Below, one piece after another: positions 26,427 to 41,062 of a stretch of DNA of 64,000 nucleotides. The stretch lies in the NCBI GenBank assembly GCA_951406725.2, contig OX597835.1, forward strand, positions 6,634,001 to 6,698,000, read 5' to 3'. The notes below the pieces were generated by a model, which was given only the letters and a program-made list of their open reading frames with translations, was not told where the DNA came from and searched no databases. How positions within the stretch are numbered: position 1 is the stretch's first letter; each line of letters opens with the position of its first letter. The stretch is from Octopus vulgaris. Taxonomy: Eukaryota. Made by a program: the position numbers and the translations under genes.

Positions 26427-27234
26427 TATACAAATATATATGTACAGACACACACATATGTATATACATACATATATAAATACATGCATACGTACATACA
26501 CAAATACATACGTACATATACATACACACACACACATACATACAAAGTATCTCCATCGCATAGAACAGAGGTAAAACTTCTACTTCTAAATAACGTCTGG
26601 CTTTGAAAAACAACCCGCTCATAAAACAACACACACAAAAAAAGCAGAACACATAACAAACCAAACAACAGCAACAACAACAACAACGACGACGACGACA
26701 ACAACAACAACAACAACAGAACAAAATCGCCAACAAAACAAAGAACCGAAACGGAAGCATCAGACAAGATGAAGGACGTGTCAGAAGAGTAATATTAGAA
26801 ATGAAGGGATGTTGGACGAAAATATTCCTCGATTCCCGGCAACCATTTGTATTTCACTGAAAACAGACAAAAAAAAACACAAAAAAACTAATGATGATTG
26901 ATGGGAATCTGTTGTCTGTAAAGTCTTACATCATCACTAATAACGTACTATCTTCGAGAAGAATACAACACACTCGTCACCACTTGGGTGGTATACACTT
27001 AGGTCGTCGCTTCGGTGTAACACCGCTGGTTGCATACACGCATCTATTGGAAAGTGCTTACGAGAATCAGCTAAATCTACATGGCGAATCATATTTCAAT
27101 ACATTCAATATGCTTTATATGGATATAAGTTGCTTGTGTCTTACGTTTCAGTCGTTAGAATAATCGGTGACGCGTAACTCGAATTTATGGTTGCAGAAGC
27201 CTCATGTTTTTACCATACATATACAAACATATAC

Positions 27235-27501
27235 ATCATCATCATCATCATTGTTCGACCGTGGTCGAGACTAAATTCCATAGTCTTTTCCAATGGCTAA
27301 TAATGTGTGCGCGCGCCACTACTACACACATTGGAAAGCATTGTACAACCAAGTACTAAAGAAGGTCTTTCCTCCTCCATGAAACAAAGCTGTTCCCGCT
27401 GGACGTCAACCCAGTATTTCTAAGCTACGGACCCAGTGATTTATTGTAAGGTTATCTCCCTAGACAGATTGCCTTCTCTACGGCTAAGGAGCCCTTTCTA
27501 C
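27235..27501 (-). mobile_element. Possible bipartite RTE-derived non-autonomous element
   Basis: Minus strand begins with an RTE 5'UTR-like motif (GGGCTCCTTAGCC...AAGGCAATCTGTCTAGGGAGA) and ends in a (GAT)n tail. Confidence 0.4.
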
Positions 27502-27580
27502 CTCAAACATATACGATCACATACAAATTCACTTGCATATATGCACGTGCACCTACACGCATATACACACACAAACACAC

Positions 27581-27740
27581 AGTGAAAACGTATGGCCAAG
27601 TGGTTAGGAGGTTGCGATTGCGAGATTGCGGTTTCAATTCCTAGATCGGGTGGTGCGTTGAGTTCTTGAGCAAAACACTTTATCTCACGTTGCTTTGCGA
27701 TCAGTTTCACACGTGACGTTGTGGTACACCGGGCACCGTA
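27581..27740 (+). mobile_element. Diverged tRNA/CORE-like SINE, 5' part
   Basis: TGGCCAAGTGG A-box, GGTTTCAATTCC B-box, TTCTTGAGCAAAACACTT. Confidence 0.65.
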
Positions 27741-27828
27741 ACTCAATACTAGGGTCCTGGGCATCTAAGGCTACTATTAGCCTGATGTTGGGATTCTCTT
27801 CTTTTCCAACAGTCGCATCAGTTGAGTG

Positions 27829-27899
<71 letters not shown>

Positions 27900-27929
27900 T
27901 AATAACAATAATGATGATGATTTCAAAGT

Positions 27930-28062
27930 TTTGACACAAGGGCAGGGGATTAAGTCGATTACATCGACCCTAGTGCATAACTGGTACTTATTTAATTGAC
28001 CCCCGAAAGAATGAAAGGCAAAGTCGACCTCGGCGGAATTTGAACTCAGAGCGTAGCGACGG
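27930..28062 (-). mobile_element. SINE family B variant, partial, between (AAT)n tracts
   Basis: AAGGCAAAGTCGACCTCGGCGGAATTTGAACTCAGA. Confidence 0.8.
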
Positions 28063-28103
28063 GAATGATTCTACCAGAATAATAATAATAATAATAATAG
28101 TGA

Positions 28104-28374
28104 TTTCTTTTATTGGCCTCAAGGGCCCAAGACAATATCGAAGGCCGAGCACAAAAAAAATTACATAAATAACAACGTGAGGTTAACATTAATCAAGGGG
28201 AGATACTACCACGTTAAAGGATATTACAAGGGATATATAACAGAAAGTAGAGAAATAATAAATAATAAATAGAGTCCCCAATAGTGGGGTAGTCCACTTA
28301 GGGTAATCCGGAGTAAACTCCACACAAAAATCCCGGAATAATCTGCCGTCTCCAAAACATGGGAAAGTGCCCAC
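28104..28374 (-). mobile_element. Probable LINE (L1/Tx1-like) 3' UTR
   Basis: Minus strand ends GCCCTTGAGGCCAATAAAAGAAA next to (ATT)n; resembles the SINE B tail. Confidence 0.45.
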
Positions 28375-28407
28375 TTATTATTTATTATTATTATTATTAT
28401 CATTATT

Positions 28408-28774
28408 CAGTAGTTTAATTTTTATAGCGTGCTTTCACTTCACTTCCGAGCGCAGCTCTGTGTGCCTTGGGTATGTGCTGTGATTTGTTGTGATGCTCTG
28501 ATGGTTATTGTATGGAAAGTGTTCTGCGTAGGATGTGTGCAGTGCCTAGTAGTGCAATTTTTTGTATGTTATATGTGTTTGTAAGTCCTGGTGTTTTTGT
28601 TATGTATTTGTCTGAATATTTTTTTATCATGCCTAATGCACCTACTATGATAGGAATTGTTTCTGGTTTTAGATTCCACATTCTGGTTACCTCTTTTTCC
28701 AAGTCTTTGTATTTTGAAAGTTTCTCCATTTCTTTTAGAGAAACGTTGTCATCTGCCGGGTTTGATACATCAAT
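28408..28774 (-). pseudogene. Dong/R4 RLE C-terminus plus 3' UTR, 5'-truncated, in (AAT)n
   Basis: IDVSNPADDNVSLKEMEKLSKYKDLEKEVTRMWNLKPETIPIIVGALGMI...GTAHILRRTLSIQ; triplet repeats on both sides. Confidence 0.92.
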
Positions 28775-28795
28775 ATTATTATTATTATAATTATA

Positions 28796-28851
<56 letters not shown>

Positions 28852-29208
28852 CATTATTATTATTATTATTTTAAATTATTATTATTATTATTATTATATG
28901 ATTAGAAATATAGAAACGTAACACTGAAAAAAAAAGGCAAAGCATTAAAAAATACAACAAAATATTAACAAATTGCGAACTTAAATTAAATCAGCTCAAA
29001 ATTTAATTAAACAAAATAATAAAGACATCGACAACAACAAAAAACATTGAAAACATCGAAAAGTAAATTAAAAGAAGAAAGAAAAAAAAACAAAAAAATT
29101 TCGAAAGGTGAAAAAAAGGTGTGAAAATGAAATCCCGAAGTCAATTCACATCTGGCTTTCCTTAATAGAAAATCATATTAAACACGCAGCAAGTGTGGCT
29201 TCTCTCGC

Positions 29209-29264
<56 letters not shown>

Positions 29265-29265
29265 A

Positions 29266-29309
<44 letters not shown>

Positions 29310-30820
29310 ATGATATATATATATATACATATATATATGTATGTATATATAGTATATATATATATATGTATATATAGTATATATAGTATATACATGATGT
29401 ATATATAGTATATATGTATGTGTGTATATATAGTATATAACGCATAGCTACATGCAAACATACATATATATACACTAATAAATATATACATATATATATA
29501 TATATAAATTACATACATACGTACACATAATACATATATATATACATACATATATACAAACATACGTTTATGAGTTTTATGTTTATGTGTGTAAAGGTAT
29601 GTGTTTGTATGTATAAATGTTTATGTATGTATTTATGCGCGTATGTATGCATAGGTATGTGTGTGTCTGTTTGTTGGTATGTATGTAAGTATGCATGTAT
29701 GTGTATATGTATGCATGTGGTACGTATGTGCGTATGTATGTTGGTATGTATGTATGTGTATATGTATGTATGTATGTATGTATGTGTATATATGAACATA
29801 CATACATACATACATACATACATACATACATACGTACATACGTACATACATACGTATATACATACATATATACTTGTATGTGTTTATATGTGTGTGTATG
29901 TATATTCATATGTATCACGGAGGTGTATGTCCTCAGTACCCTACCCCCCCGAAATCTAAACTGCCTAATCTTAATCATTAAATATAAAAGATAAATAATT
30001 TCCAAATTATTCCCGAAATGCTAACTTAATTCATTAATATTCAGCGTCAAATACCCTAAATTTTGAATATTTCGCTGTCAGATAGACACACCATCCTCGT
30101 AATTTCCAGCCTCTGTCTACGCACTGACTCATGGCTGTGTTTAATGAAGAATCGTGGCTGGTGCCTCGAATGATATTAAATATCGTGACGTGAAAGCCAA
30201 ATAATTCCTGCCTGTCGCTGTAAAATATTCGTGGAGGCATGCGTTAGCTGTCGACACGTCCAACTCGTCTGAAAAATAATTTTATTATAGAATACTTTCC
30301 TTTCTTTAATAGTTCAAACGTCTTGATTGTTTATGTCTAACTGCCAGTGAAATCGTTAGCCTCAGGTAACTCTACGAACGGTTAGACATATTATATTCTA
30401 TGAATAGTGAAGTTGTTTAGCAATTTTCTCTCTAAGCTCTCTTATGTGTGAAAGTCAAATGTTGATGAAAACGGTAAATCAATACACGAACAGAAAAAAG
30501 ATTTTCAAATGGGTAAAGAGGCACTTAAACGATAAGAAAACTTCCAAACTTGCGGCACAGCAAGAAAGTTTTGACGTATGATTGTTTATAGTATATGCGT
30601 GTGTGTGGTGTGGTGTGGGGGTGGTGGTGGTGGTGGTGGTGGTGGTGGTGGTGAGAACCGTGTGTTGTGATTTCAATATTTTGCATAATATTCGAAGTAA
30701 ACAGGAGGAATTTAATGCGCTTTGTTTCATTACGATTAAGATCTTTGAATCTTTGGTGGTTATATATTTTGTGATGGCCACGGCCACACACACATGCATA
30801 TATATTCGCGCATATAGATG

Positions 30821-30868
<48 letters not shown>

Positions 30869-30965
30869 ATTGCATACATACATATTAATGCATACAAAGA
30901 TACATACATACATACATACATATATATATATATACTTATACATACATATACATACATACATACAT

Positions 30966-31049
30966 ATTTCTATTCCTGAGCGCCATACTAATACATTTGT
31001 TTGTACTCCGCCTGCCGTCGTCTTTTGTTTATTTTCGTAAACCTTCCCG
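30966..31049 (+). mobile_element. Truncated H1 element abutting (TA)n
   Basis: Reverse complement of the fixed end of the 19085 copy. Confidence 0.7.
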
Positions 31050-31122
<73 letters not shown>

Positions 31123-31303
31123 GACTGATTGGTATTGCATGCAAATTGCGATTGTGACACAAACATTTCTGAAGGGAATTCGTTTTAACGAAAAGTATTA
31201 ACTGACAAAATCTTAAATATCTTAAGTTTTACCCAAAATCACTGCAGATGTAACGTGAAGTTGCATTTTGCAAGGAATCCTCTCTTCGGGCCAGGCATGC
31301 GTA

Positions 31304-31890
31304 CACCACCTCCACCACCACCCACCACCACCACCACCACCACCACCACCACCACCACCACCACCACCACCACCACCACCACCACCACCATCACCACCAC
31401 CACCACCACCCCACCACCACCACCACCACCATCATCAATGATGTCATCACCATCACCACCACCACCACCACCACTATCATCAATGATGCCATCACCATCA
31501 CCACCAGCACCAGCACCAGCACCAGCACCAGCACCACCAGCACCACCAGCACCACTATCATCAATGATGCCATCAACACCGCCACTACCACCAGCATCAT
31601 TACTAATCGTTGCTGCCGCCACCGCCAACCCCCCCAATCATCACTCCCTTCCACCATCAATACCACCACCACCACCACCACCACCACCACCACCACCACC
31701 ACCACCACCACCACCACCACCACCACCACCACCACCACCACCACCACCTCCATCACCACCGCCACTACCACCAGCATCATTACTAATCGCTGCTGCCGCC
31801 ACCGCCAACCCCCCCCCCAATCATCACTCCCTCCCACCATCAATACCACCACCACCAGCACACCAACACCAACACCAACAACACCAACAA
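31304..31890. repeat. (CAC)n-rich tract with 180-bp internal duplication
   Basis: CCGCCACTACCACCAGCATCATTACTAATCG... occurs at about 31579 and 31759. Confidence 0.9.
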
Positions 31891-32464
31891 CTTTTGTGAC
31901 TTGTTGCAATTCTTATCAATGTCAACAAGATTCCTGACTCGAAGACTCATCGGAATCCTTGTAAATCCAACTCATATTCCTCGGACATCCGATGGAATGG
32001 TCACATGTCACAAGTTTTGACGGTCAACCTTTACATATTTAAGGTTCTTCTTTAGCTTGTCCTTTTTACTTTTTCTTGTACCGAAGTAGCATCCGGTTTT
32101 TCATCTTTTTACTATAATAGGTTTGTAACGCTTTTTTTACGGAAATTCTGCCGACATATTACAATGTAACACTACTGTGTATATAATATGTGTGTATACA
32201 ATGCTACTGTGTATATATTATGTGTGTATATAACGTGAACGCGCGCGCACACACACACACACACACATCATGCAGGTATGGCTATGTGATTTAGAAGTTC
32301 CCTTCGTTACTACGTGATTTGGGGTTCAATTCTTAACTTTTAAGTCACTTTAATGAAACCCTCAATTCAATAACACCGTGTACAACCTCTATACTTGGAA
32401 TGACCAATTTTAAATACTATTGGAACTGACTCACAAGGAACTGGGATCTTATATGCATACCATT

Positions 32465-32846
32465 CTGCCTAAATACGGACCATGAGAAATTAGGCTTCTC
32501 AAAACCAGAAAGGAGAAAGCTAATTCGAAGACTACAGATCCAAGTTGTCACTGGAACAGTAAGAATCTGTAAAACTTTCCAGAAGTTTATCATTTAAGTA
32601 TATATGAGCATGTCTCGATATGTAACTATATGCGTAAGAATACTTACATAAAGCATACAAATCTGCACACATACATACATTCATACATACATACATACAT
32701 ACATACATACATACATACATACATACATACATACATACATACATACATACATACATGCATGCATGCATGCATACATACATACATACATACATACATACAT
32801 ACATACATGCATGCATACATACATACATACATGCATGCATACATAC

Positions 32847-32877
<31 letters not shown>

Positions 32878-33170
32878 CATACACACACACATACATACAT
32901 GCATACATACATACATACTAACACACACACATACATACATACACATACACATACATACATACATGCATACATATATACACACACACATACATACATACAT
33001 ACATACATACATACATACATACATACATACATACATACATACATACATACATACATACATACAGACATGCATACATACATACATACATACAAAAATACCC
33101 TGTTGTTGATGTAGAAATTCCAATGAAAACAGCTCTTTCTCTATGGTAAGAAATAAAACTGAACTACGAC
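32465..33170 (+). mobile_element. 3' end of (CATA)n-associated R4-like element with expanded internal (CATA)n
   Basis: EKLGFSKPERRKLIRRLQIQ..GTVRICKTFQKF, then 3' UTR, (CATA)n, and a terminal segment AAATACCCTGTTG...AAATAAAACTGAA shared with 35783-35978. Confidence 0.75.
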
Positions 33171-34199
33171 ATACATACTTGCGTAATACATAAATTCATA
33201 CATAATTCATATGTTACAAATGATTGCGATATCTCAGACTATAAAAAACCCGCGAGGCGTTCTTAAAATTTAAAGTATGACGGTTGAATCATGATATTTT
33301 CCATAACAACATTGGTACCGAGCAGGTGGCGAGTCACAATTTACTCTATAAAGATAAGGAGGAGCATACGTATATACATACATACATACATACATACATA
33401 CATACATTCATACATACATACATACATACATACAAACATATATACATACATAAATACATACATACAAACATATATACATACACATACATACATACATACA
33501 TACATACACACACATATATACATACATACATACATACATACATAATACATACATACAAACATACATACATACACATACATACATACATACATACACACAC
33601 ACATACATACATACATACATACATACACACACATACATACATACATACATACATACATACATACATACATACATACATACATAAAAGACTATGCGTAGGT
33701 GTGCTCGTTCATCAGAGGAGAATTAAAATAATTAAGAACAGAAACACACACACACACATGCATACATATGTACATGCATGCATACACACACACATACACA
33801 CACAAACACACACATACATACACAGATTTATACATATATACATACATGCATACACATACATACATATATACATACATACATGCATACATACATACATGCA
33901 TACATACATTCATACATACATGCATGCATACATTCATACATACATATATACATACATACATACATACACATACATACATACATGCATGCATGCATACATA
34001 CATACATGCATACATACATACATACATACATACATACATACATACATACATACATACATACATACATACATACATACATACATACATACATACATACATA
34101 CATGCATACATACACACATACATAGTGGAGGCTAACCCGTGACCATGTAGGATCGCTTCCTGGAACCATTTAACTTCAAAGAACATCTCAAGTTTAGTC

Positions 34200-35767
34200 T
34201 CCCCAACACTGATAACTTCTCATTTGGTTCCTAAGACCCGCCAGGGACCTACAAATGATTCCACATCGGCCACAAGTCAGCCTTCTAGCAATAACCCAAT
34301 TATCTGCATTTGAGGCCCTACAGTTACGAATAAGTCGACCGGCTGACCCCCCACTACAAATTGTCAGCAACTGCATAAAAAAAGAATTTGGACTGTTCGG
34401 CCGGATCGCTCGAAAGAAGCCGGTAATTTCTGAGACGAACCGGCGGAAGCGGATCAAGTTTGCGAAAAGCCATATTGAATGGACAGCCATATTGAATGGT
34501 CAAACGTTCTTTCGACCGACGAATCTCGCTTCTGCATCTTTGGATGAGATGGAAAGACTTACGTTAGACGCCCTCCATCTGAAGAATTCCATCCTAAGTG
34601 TGTCAAGAAAACGGCACAAGCGGGAGGTGTGTTGTGTGTGTGTGTATGGGGTGTGTATAATGGTGTGGGGCGCGTTCAGCAGTTTAGTTGTTGGTCCAAT
34701 TTTCAAGGTTGATGGCAGACTGAAAGGTGTAGGCTCTCTCTCTCTTTACTCTTTTACTTGTTTCAGTCATTTGACTGCGGCCATGCTGGAGCACCGCCTT
34801 TTGTCGAGCAAATCGACCCCGGGACTTATTCTTTGTAAGCCCAGTACTTATTCTATCGGTCTCTTTTGCCGAACCGCTAAGTGACAGGGACGTAAACACA
34901 CCAGCATCGGTTGTCAAGCAATGCTAGGGGGACAAACACAGACACACAAACATATACACACACACTTATATATATATACATATATACGACAGGCTTCTTT
35001 CAGTTTCCGTCTACCAAATTCACTCACAAGGCATTGGTCGACCCGGGGCTATAGCAGAAGACACTTGCCCAAGATGCCACGCAGTGGGACTGAACCCGGA
35101 ACCATGTGGTTGGTTAGCAAGCTACTTACCACACAGCCACTCCTGCGCCTATCGGCAATTAGTAAATTAAAATGTGCGGCCATATTTAAATCATCAGATG
35201 CCATCGGGTTCTATTTTCCAGCAGGACAATTGCCCCGTTCATAAGACTTGGAAAGTTTTGCAATATTTTGAGCGCATTATTATGGCGGTTACTGAGTGAG
35301 CACCGCCGAGCCCGGATTTGAATACGACAGAAAAATTATGGAATGAGGTTTCTAAAAGAGTTCATGCTAAAAAACCCAACAAATTGTCCCGATTATATAA
35401 TATTATTGAAGAAATATGGCAAAACATTCCAAATAATTTTTGTGCTGTAAGGCCGAAATTGAAAATAATGGCTATGGAACTAAATATTAATAATAACTTA
35501 TTGTTCGTTGATCATTTGTGTCGTAAATTTTCAATTTAAAATAATGTTGGTACGGTCTTAAACTTATTTTGCCGACAATATTTAATCATTTGAACTGATT
35601 GTGCATTAAAATTATTCAAATTGTAGAAAGGTATATAACGCTTACAGCATTCGAAACAGAAAAAGAATTCTACATAAACTGTAAAAAATTTTATACAGTT
35701 TTGTTTAAAATATATTAATAATGGAATAGAACTGTCATCATCGCTCTTAGACTTATTTTGGTCAGTG
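34200..35767 (+). pseudogene. Tc1 (DD34E-type) transposon relic with right terminal repeat
   Basis: GLFGRIARKKP...RIKFAKSH, TDESRF, MVWGAFS, FQQDNCPVH, SPDLNTTEKLW, GYGTKY-stop; ends GGTCAGTG|TA; left end uncertain. Confidence 0.9.
34741..35149 (-). mobile_element. SINE family A inserted in the Tc1 transposase
   Basis: Full-length reverse-complement copy. Confidence 0.93.
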
Positions 35768-35782
35768 TATATGTATATATAT

Positions 35783-35978
35783 ATATGAGAATGCATACAT
35801 AAAACGAAACATGCACATCTGCACGTGCACTGACTCCATATACTGTACATACATGCAAAAGTACCCTGTTGTTGTTGTTGTTGTTGATGTTGAAATTCCA
35901 ATGAAGGAGCCTTGGATCTAGGTTAGAAACCGGCTCTTTCTCTATTGACGAGAAATCTTCAAATAAAACTGAATAATG
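35783..35978 (+). mobile_element. 3' UTR of the (CATA)n-associated R4-like element
   Basis: Matches the UTR segments of the 11650-11700 and 32630-33170 copies; followed by (CATA)n. Confidence 0.65.
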
Positions 35979-36452
35979 ACATACATACATACATACGTAC
36001 GTACGTACACACATACATAGATGCTTACATTCACACATGCTTGCTTCTATCCATCCGTCCATAATACACACTTACACACATAGATACACACACGTACGCA
36101 CCTATACACACACACACACACACACACATACACACACACACGCGCGCGCGCGCGCGCAGACATATATAAACATATTTTTCCACATTTCTTGGCTGTCTCG
36201 TTTTGAGTCCAGTCTAGACAAACAGGTTACAGAGGTGGGGTGGACGGGAAAGGAAGCTGCAGTGTTTTGACTTTGTTGTTGCTGTTGCTATAGTGGTGGT
36301 TGTGGTGGTGGTGGTGGTGGTTGTGGTGGTTGTGGTTGCGGTTATAGTGAAAGAAAACCAAAGCGGTACAGTGGAGACGTTGATAGCAGTGGTGGTGATG
36401 ATGATGATGATGATGATGATGGTGGTGGTTGTGATGGTGGTGGTGAGGATGT

Positions 36453-36484
<32 letters not shown>

Positions 36485-37106
36485 GGGGTGGCGGCGGTGG
36501 TGGTGGCGGCGGCGATGGGTTCTGGTGTGCACGAAGCGAAAGTTAGGAGCTGAGAAAATTAGGTTGCTGCGAAGAGAAGGAAGAAGTGGGGGGTAGGAGG
36601 CATTCTGCGAGAAGTTATTTTAAGAAAGGGGAGCGGAGAAGGATGGCTGGGCATGGCGGAGAGGCGAGGTGGCGAGGCGCGGGGGTAGGAGGGGGAGGAA
36701 CGGGCTTTTATTTATTTATTTATTTTTGTGGCGTTCTTTGAGTCTGGAATTTGTACGTTGTGAGATGTTATATAATGTCATGTTTGTGCGTTTTTGTGTG
36801 TATACATGTATGTATATGTATGTATATGTATATATGTATGTATGTATGTATATGTATGTATGTATATATACACATGCATACATACACGTACACACACATA
36901 GATGTACATACATGTACCTACACATACATACATATACATATACATACCCGCATATATATATATATATATAAATAAATAAAAATATATATATATAAATATA
37001 TATACCAATATCTCTCTATCTCTTTATCTATCTATATATATACATGCACACACATATATATACATACACATATATACATATGTACGTATATATATACGTA
37101 CATTTG

Positions 37107-37142
<36 letters not shown>

Positions 37143-38248
37143 TGTGTGGTTTCTTCTTCTTCTTCTTCTTCTTCTCATTAGTGTTTCAGAGGAACAGGGG
37201 GGGAGGGGAAAACATTAATATAAATCAATTATACGAAATCCTTTCCAGCTCCTGCCCTAAAACAACGTTTCGATGGGGGGTTTATAAACACGCTCACCGC
37301 ACTTCTCCTACCCCAACCTTCCCAACCACCCCACAGAGATCATGCGGGTGTAACAACCCACAACCAAGCAAAACAAAAAAATAAAGATATGAAGAAAAAA
37401 CAACAAAAAACAGACAAATCCAGCAAAAGATCGTAATTCCAACATGGCTGCTTTGCTTGCGTTTCATTCAACTTTGCTCTTCGTTGTGGTTGCAAGCACA
37501 CACGCTCCGTCTCTCACTCACAGCCAAGACTGTTTATATAATAAACAGCGAACACCTAAAATAAATTTTCTTTCTGACGATGTGGACATTTGGCAATTAG
37601 CGCGCTAAGATAATTACGTCACACGCCATAGAGTATATCAGTTAATAGTATTTAACAAACCAAACTTTTTTTTTTTTTGCTTTAGATTGGTTTTAAAACA
37701 GTCAGACGATGTGAAAGAGGAATTAAAAACCAAAAAAAAACAAAACAAAAACACAGAAAAAAAACACAAACAAAAACGAAACATGTGGAATTTGAACCAC
37801 ACCTAAGTTGAATGGAACGCAACTAGGTCAAATTTACCGTTTTTCGGTTGTTAAACCCCGTATGTTAGCACTTGAGGGTGATAACCGTCCGGGGTGGCGG
37901 TGGTGGTGGTGGTGGTGGTGGAGGGTAAGACAAGAAAAAAAAAAATGGAAAAATGGAAAAACTGCTTGGCAGAAGAACGTTATAAATATAATTTTTTTTC
38001 CTATATACACAAACACATACACATATAGTGCACGTGTATGCATACATACATACGTACGTACATACATACATACATACATGCTTAAATACATATATAATAA
38101 CATACACACATACACACACACGCACACACACATATATATTCATACGCATACATACACATATATACATATATATATATACATTTAAGTATTCATATATATA
38201 TATATATGTAGAAATAAATATATACTTATACATATATAAATATATATA

Positions 38249-38290
<42 letters not shown>

Positions 38291-38571
38291 CGTATATACA
38301 TATACATTTATACATATAAATATATATATATATATACATACATATGTATATATACATATATATATGCATACACACACACATATATATATATATGCATATG
38401 TATATATCTATATAAATGCATATATATATATATATGTATATATATATAATGCTTATATATATATGCATTTATATAAATATATACAGATATTTATATATTC
38501 ATTTATATACATACACACACACACATATATATATATATAGGTATATATATGTATATATGTATATATATATA

Positions 38572-38612
<41 letters not shown>

Positions 38613-39112
38613 ATATACACACATTTATATCTGACTTGGTCGCCGGTGTGTTAATATAAGAGAAGGGTTGATGGTATTGTTGAATCGGACAATTCATTTT
38701 TCTGGATACACTCATACAGACAATTGGAGAACCTAACCAACCAGCCAACCAACCAACCAACCAACCAACCAACCAACCAACCAACCAACCAACCAACCAA
38801 CCAATCAACCAACCAACCAAGGAACAAATATTTATATCAGTTATTATACAGAGATGTCTTTATATCAGGGTTGCTGGCGCTCCGGGCAAGCTGACGGTCG
38901 GGGAAATTTCCTCGTCTTTGTCACACCCTCCTTGGCGTCCCTTAGCACATGGTGCCCTTTAGAACATGGCGCCCCGATAAATTAAGTACCAGTGAAACAC
39001 TGGGGTCGATGTAACCGACTAGCCCCCCCTTCCCTCAAATTTCAGGCCTTGTGCCTTTAGTAATTGTTGTTGTTGAAGTGGTTGTCTTAAATTTGGAATG
39101 CTTTTCTTTCAG

Positions 39113-39219
39113 ATATACCAACTGGATTATCGATGGAGTTCTTGGACTCAGTTCACAGCTTGCAGCCGATCATGTGGAATTGGGGTGAAGTCCCGACAAA
39201 GATCTTGTTATCAGATCGG
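39113..39219 (+). CDS. Internal coding exon, thrombospondin type-1 repeat (ADAMTSL/papilin-like extracellular protein)
   Basis: CTTTTCTTTCAG acceptor and GTAAGT donor; open frame IYQLDYRWSSWTQFTACSRSCGIGVKSRQRSCYQI carries the WxxW, CSxSCG and RxRxC TSP1 signatures; 107 bp, phase 0 to phase 2. Confidence 0.9.
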
Positions 39220-39779
39220 GTAAGTCTCCTGCTCTCTTACTGCTTCTTCCTTACTCTCCCTCCGCTGTTCTCTGCTTCGTTGCACCTTTCTTTTTTCTGA
39301 ATTGGATGATTGAACTCCGATGATTTGGCCTTGGGGAATTCGCTTTGGCGACAGTACTTTTTGGCAGTCGAGGTAGACACGCGTGCGCAGAAATATATAC
39401 ATATAGATAGGAAAAGTATGTATAGGTGCAGGAGTGGCTGTGTGGTAAGAAGCTTGCTTACCAACCACATGGTTCCTCAGCTTCGGTTGTCAAACCGTGG
39501 TGGGTGACCAAAGGCTTGATAAGAAATGTTTAGTATATACCATCGATCCCAAATGTTGACTGGTTCTTTATTTTATTGACCCCGAAAGAATGAAAAGAAA
39601 TTGAACTTGGCGGATTCTGCTAACTCGCATAATAATTGCTTCTAATTTTTTTTGTACAAGACAAGCAGTTTTGAGGGAAGGGGTTACGTCGATTCTACCG
39701 AATCTAGTACTTGACTTCTTCCTTAGTCTTGTGAGTGGATTTGATAGACGGAAACTGAAAGAAGCCCATCGTATATATG

Positions 39780-39842
<63 letters not shown>

Positions 39843-40544
39843 ATGTGTGTGTATGTTTGTGTGTCTGTGTTTGACAACCGATGCTCATGTGTTTCCGTCC
39901 CCGTAACTTAGCGGTTCGGAAAAAGAGACCGGAAAAAGAGACCTTTATTTCATCGAGCTTGAAAGGCTGAAAGTAAAAATTAAAAAAAAAAAAGAATGAA
40001 AAAAAAAAAAAGTAAATCGTTGATGCGATTTGAACTCAGAATGCAAAAGAAATAAAAACATTCCAAAAAAAAGCAGTAACACTAACCGCTTGACCCACGT
40101 TGCTAACGGTTCTGCCAGCTCACCGCGACCTCTTAAGCGGAATCTAATGACGCTGCATAGCAGCACGGCACTTTAAACGTTACAGCTACGAAATAAATCA
40201 TCATTTAACGCCCATTTTTCCATGCTAAATAAATACATTTATAAACAAATAAACGAATAAATGACAGGATATGAGATTTTCCTTTCGTAAGATCGCTAAG
40301 TGTTGCTGTTGTTGTTGTTGTTATTGTTGTTGTTGTGATGGTATTCTTAGCGGTTGTATTATGTTTACTAGCAGAGGCAGTATCAGAGTTAGCGATGGGG
40401 TTTGAGTTGTTGGTATTGTTGTTGTTGTTGTCGACGGTGTTTATAGCTAATGTTGCTTCCCAGGGCGTTAACACTACACTCCCTCGCCCCCTCTATATCA
40501 ATGATGCACATACGTATATACATACATGCATACATGCATACATA

Positions 40545-40735
40545 CTCTTCTACTTGTTTCAGTCATTTGACTGCGGCCATGCTGGAGCACCGCCTTTAGT
40601 CGAGCAACTCGACCCCAGGACTTATTCTTTGTAAGCCTAGTACTTATTGTATCGTTCACTCTTGCCGAACCGCTAAGTTACGGGGACGTAAATACACCAG
40701 CATCGGTTGTCAAGCGATGTTGGGGGACAAACTCG

Positions 40736-40784
<49 letters not shown>

Positions 40785-40951
40785 ACCCATATATACGACG
40801 GGTTTCTTTCAGTTTCCGTCTACCAAATCCACTCATAAGGTTTTGGTCGGCCCGAGGCTACAGTAGAAGACATTTGTCGAAGGTACTACGTAGTGGAATT
40901 GAATTATGTGGTTGGTAAGCAAGCTACTTACCCCACAGCCGCTCCTGCGCC
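40545..40951 (-). mobile_element. SINE family A, full length, somewhat diverged
   Basis: Reverse-complement match to the family. Confidence 0.9.
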
Positions 40952-40991
40952 TATACATGCATATATATACAAAGATACATATGTGTGTTTA

Positions 40992-41061
<70 letters not shown>

Positions 41062-41062
<1 letters not shown>

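Noticed and set aside
37444-37608. Short ORF MAALLAFHSTLLFVVVASTHA... resembling a signal peptide upstream of the TSP1 exon
   Set aside because: There is no convincing phase-0 splice donor and the frame closes after 54 codons; it cannot be supported without RNA data
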